Shown: positions 60,606 to 64,000 of the stretch, piece after piece
Layout of the letters: each line of letters opens with the position of its first letter
How positions within the stretch are numbered: the first letter of the stretch is position 1
From: a bacterium
GTDB lineage: Bacteria; Zhuqueibacterota; Zhuqueibacteria; Residuimicrobiales; Krinioviventaceae
Assembly (NCBI GenBank): GCA_963693055.1
Contig: OY843751.1
Location: forward strand, 1,632,001 to 1,696,000
DNA: 64,000 bases
Reading direction: 5' to 3'
Program-made: the position numbers and the translations under genes
Notes under the pieces: generated by a model
Told to the model about the DNA's origin: nothing
The model's input: the letters and a program-made list of their open reading frames with translations, nothing else
Databases searched by the model: none

Positions 60606-63224
60606 TTAATTTTTGCGTTGTAAAAAGCTAAATAACCAACCTGTTACAAAACAGGTTAAAAATCCGGTTGTGGTATAGAGTAAAACATGTACGGGTTTGT
60701 AAACGCCTACAAAATATTGTACAATGATACTAGCTGCAATTCCCAGAATTGCCCCGGTACCATTTGCTTTTTTAGAAACAATGCCTAATAGAAATACACC
60801 ACCCAGACTACCAAGAACCAGTCCCAGTACTTTGTTAAATTCATCCCAGAGGGACTTTATATCCCAGGTTGCCATAAAAATGGCAAACAGGATTCCCGCA
60901 ATACCTACAATAAATGATGCTGTTCTGGCAGCTTTGAGAAAATGGCTGTCACTGCCTTTTCCGAACCGTCTGTGTATATCATTAATATAGGCAGTAGCTG
61001 CTGAGTTGATACTGCTGGATAGACTGGACATGGATGCTGCAAATATTCCGGCAATCAGTAATCCGCTTACACCGGCAGGTAGATTGTTCATAATGTACCA
61101 GGGGAATATTGCATCTGCTTCTTTGAGTGTAAGGCTGATTTGCTGTGGATTTTGTCGATAGAATACAAATAATGCCGTACCTATTGTAAAGAATAATAAT
61201 GTAGCAGGAATGACCATAATGGCATTAGTCCATACGGTTTTAGATGCTGCTTTTGTAGAGTTGACAGTAAGGTAACGCTGGACCATGGTTTGGTCTGTTC
61301 CATACGTGGTTATGTTTGTAAAAATAGATGCAATGATAACGGTCCAAAATCCGGGTTGTTTGAGATCAAATACCATGTTAAGTATATTGAATTTCTGATA
61401 ATCGATCCCGGTTTCTATAATGCCTATCAGTCCGTGGGGTACATGTACAATAATTAAAATTAGAGAAAGAAAAGCACCTCCCAACAGTACAATGACTTGT
61501 AAAACATCCGTCCAGATTACTGCTTCAATACCCCCAATTGCTGTATAAATCAGGCTGAAAACGCCCATAAGCAGGATGCAGGTAAAAATATCAATTCCCG
61601 TGACTACATTGAGAGCAATGGAGGGAAGGAACAAAACAATACCCATTCTACCAATCTGGAATATAATAAATGTCAGACTGCCAATCAGTCTTGTAAGCAG
61701 ATTGAAACGGACTTCGAGGTACTCGTAGGCAGTGGTAATATTTAATTTGCGATAATAGGGGACGAACAGAATTACTATGACCGGTGCAATCATGAAAATA
61801 CCCATATTGAGCATAAAATAGGACCAGTCAGTGGTAAAGGTTTTTGCAGGGATAGCCATAAATGTAATTGCGCTGAGAGCAGTACCAAATAACGATAATC
61901 CTGCTGCCCACCAGGGAATACGACCACCGCCTTTGAAAAAATCGTTTGTGCTTTTTTGGCGTTTGCTGAAATACCATCCCATAGCGGCAAGTATACTAAA
62001 ATAGATAATCAGTACAATCGAATTGATCCAGCCGAATTTGTCAGTTACTTCCGGAATGGCTATAATAGATATTTGAGGCGTTCTTACTCCCGGGTGAATT
62101 TCACCGGAAGGGAGTATGAATTTATCTTTCCATGGCACGAGTGTAGTCGTGACCTGGGTGGGTACTTGCAGTGTATCAAACGTGTATAGTTTGGATGTGA
62201 TGGTGTTGTACACCCGAATTTCTCTGTTGAATCCTTTATGGTTTACCAGATGCTGTTGTAATTTATATTCAAGATCTTTGTAGGCTTTTGAACCGGTTTT
62301 TTCATTAGCCAAAGATTGTTTGATCTTTTGTTCCTTTAACAGACCGGACCCATCAGCGGCACCGGGAAATACAATGTTGTTTGCGCCAATGGCAAAGCCT
62401 GTTCCTGCCATAACCGGAAATTGTGTTTCTCCGTTGGGGGCAAGGTTTTTCCAGGTATTAAAAATCGGATCAAAGGCATACCCATCAGTAAGCACATCAA
62501 TACCTGCTTTGGTTTCGTTTCGACCGCTGAATAGATATATGTTATTGCTCACTCCGTTGCTTTGTACTACCGCAACAGGGAGTATGCGTGGCGGTCCCGG
62601 CCAGGGATTTAAGGTTTGCCATTTGAAATCCGGATTATCAATTTTTGACAGATCAAGGCTGTAAAAATGACGGGTTTGATCTCCGTTTAATGTACTTTTT
62701 CCTCCAAGAACGTATATTGTTTGGTCGATTTGTACTGCTGCGTGATTGCAAAGGGGAACAGGCAGATCCGGTAAATCAGTAAATTTAATGGATTCCGATT
62801 TCGGATCCCACATCATGATAAATACATTGGGGAATATAGAGTTTTGATCATTCCCGCCAATGCATAAAACTTCCTGTTCAAGAGTGAGGGATGTCCCATA
62901 AGCTATGGGAAAGGGGAGTGCAAAAGTCTTTGGGTGCCAGTGCAAATTGTTTTCATCTTCCAGATGCAATACATAGATTTCGTTATTGTAGATTTTTGTT
63001 CCGCCCTCCCAGGGCATCTTTTCCGGGAAATTGGCACCACCAGCAATGAGCAGGGCATTGTTGCTGATTCCTGCAAATGCACCGGCTACTCCAGGTTGTT
63101 TATCATTATCCTGAAGTGGTGGGAGCTCGGGTAGTTGATCAAGCTGGATTTGATTCGCCGCAAAAACTGAAATGTTGATTGATGTTATAAAAACGAGTAA
63201 AAATCGAAGCATTTTAATTATCAT
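60606..63224 (-). CDS. Fusion of NanM-like kelch mutarotase and sodium:solute (SiaT-like) symporter
   Basis: Signal peptide; AGGANFP, SGEIHPGVRTP; then SAITF, AVIWTD..Q, DQ..VQRYL, SSLSSSIN in one uninterrupted frame. Confidence 0.9.
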   Translation of the reverse strand: MIIKMLRFLLVFITSINISVFAANQIQLDQLPELPPLQDNDKQPGVAGAFAGISNNALLIAGGANFPEKMPWEGGTKIYNNEIYVLHLEDENNLHWHPKTFALPFPIAYGTSLTLEQEVLCIGGNDQNSIFPNVFIMMWDPKSESIKFTDLPDLPVPLCNHAAVQIDQTIYVLGGKSTLNGDQTRHFYSLDLSKIDNPDFKWQTLNPWPGPPRILPVAVVQSNGVSNNIYLFSGRNETKAGIDVLTDGYAFDPIFNTWKNLAPNGETQFPVMAGTGFAIGANNIVFPGAADGSGLLKEQKIKQSLANEKTGSKAYKDLEYKLQQHLVNHKGFNREIRVYNTITSKLYTFDTLQVPTQVTTTLVPWKDKFILPSGEIHPGVRTPQISIIAIPEVTDKFGWINSIVLIIYFSILAAMGWYFSKRQKSTNDFFKGGGRIPWWAAGLSLFGTALSAITFMAIPAKTFTTDWSYFMLNMGIFMIAPVIVILFVPYYRKLNITTAYEYLEVRFNLLTRLIGSLTFIIFQIGRMGIVLFLPSIALNVVTGIDIFTCILLMGVFSLIYTAIGGIEAVIWTDVLQVIVLLGGAFLSLILIIVHVPHGLIGIIETGIDYQKFNILNMVFDLKQPGFWTVIIASIFTNITTYGTDQTMVQRYLTVNSTKAASKTVWTNAIMVIPATLLFFTIGTALFVFYRQNPQQISLTLKEADAIFPWYIMNNLPAGVSGLLIAGIFAASMSSLSSSINSAATAYINDIHRRFGKGSDSHFLKAARTASFIVGIAGILFAIFMATWDIKSLWDEFNKVLGLVLGSLGGVFLLGIVSKKANGTGAILGIAASIIVQYFVGVYKPVHVLLYTTTGFLTCFVTGWLFSFLQRKN

Positions 63225-63924
63225 TTTCGTTTTCCTGTTGAATAAATTCCCAATACGGTGCAAGATGAGCTTTGATGGCAAGACGATATGATTCTGCATC
63301 TGATTCTTTTAAACATTTAAATATATCCCGATGAGTTACTATACTATTGCTTTTATCAAGGTTTTCATTTATAGGACGCCAGTATTCTTCATAATGGGTT
63401 TTAACAAATGAAAAGACAGGATACATGATACTTTGCAGCTGGTCTATAAAATCGTTTCCGGCAATTTGATGGATACGCTGATGAAATTCCTGTTCGCTTT
63501 CAATGCTTCTGTAATTTAACCCAAGCAAATGCTCCCGTTCCAGGATTTGTTGCAGATCGTCTATATCCTTTTCCTGTAATTTGCTAAAGATAAAATCGGT
63601 CATACCAATCTCGAGTGCAAAACGCATTCCCATCAGATTTTTAATGGTCTTTTCGCTAAGTAGCTTGGGTGCAAGTGTGCGTTGAAATCCAATTAGAGGT
63701 TTAGGTTCTGTGATTACAATCCCCCGTTTGGTACGGGATTGTAATATGCCCAGCATTCTCAATCTACTCATGGCTTCTCTGACCACATTTCTGCTTACGC
63801 CAAACATCTCTGTGAAACGGGCTTCATTTGGCAAGGTGTCACCCGGTACTAGGTTTTCTTTTTTGATATAGTCTAGTATTTTTTCTTCTATTTGGTCGGC
63901 CAGGGGCCTGGAATCTATTTCCAT
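63214..63924 (-). CDS. GntR/FadR-family regulator of the sialic acid operon
   Basis: PGD.LPNE, GVSRNVVREA wHTH; FCD domain with R..LE and FH..I..IAGN. Confidence 0.9.
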   Translation of the reverse strand: MEIDSRPLADQIEEKILDYIKKENLVPGDTLPNEARFTEMFGVSRNVVREAMSRLRMLGILQSRTKRGIVITEPKPLIGFQRTLAPKLLSEKTIKNLMGMRFALEIGMTDFIFSKLQEKDIDDLQQILEREHLLGLNYRSIESEQEFHQRIHQIAGNDFIDQLQSIMYPVFSFVKTHYEEYWRPINENLDKSNSIVTHRDIFKCLKESDAESYRLAIKAHLAPYWEFIQQENENDN

Positions 63925-63935
63925 GATACAACTCG

Positions 63936-63967
63936 TTTAATTTGTCCTATTTGTAGGACAAATTAAA
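63936..63967. promoter_or_regulatory. Perfect 14-bp-arm palindrome, probable FadR-type operator
   Basis: TTTAATTTGTCCTA-tttg-TAGGACAAATTAAA, 12 bp upstream of the regulator ATG. Confidence 0.75.
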
Positions 63968-64000
63968 TATTTATACTATTATTATCAAGGAATATCTTTT

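Noticed and set aside
1-64000. CRISPR array, transposase/integrase, prophage or defence system
   Set aside because: No regularly spaced direct repeats and no recognisable mobile-element, phage or defence proteins among the ORFs

Overview
AT-rich bacterial chromosomal window of about 60 genes. A T9SS/FlgD-type C-terminal domain (NYPNPFN) and many lipoproteins and glycan enzymes suggest an FCB-group organism (KSB1/Calditrichota/Ignavibacteria-like; this is inference). Content includes glycan catabolism (GH20, GH28, GH29, sulfatase, rhaM and a FadR-controlled sialic acid operon with a mutarotase-symporter fusion), housekeeping genes (uup, pyrC, pepF, purU, trmB, glpQ), three histidine kinases, an ECF sigma/anti-sigma module and three disrupted genes. 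I saw no rRNA, tRNA, CRISPR array or transposase. The most interesting signals are non-coding. (1) An ORF-free 840-bp gap at 15053-15893 holds a candidate ~430-nt RNA: sigma54-type promoter, boxB/boxA-like leader, (CAA)n tract, two long stems closing large loops, and a terminator. (2) A second candidate sRNA or attenuator upstream of pyrC has a perfect sigma70 promoter and shares a CUUACCC motif with the first. (3) A uORF/anti-RBS leader precedes a methyltransferase. All calls come from reading the sequence and recalling protein families; no searches or folding calculations were run.
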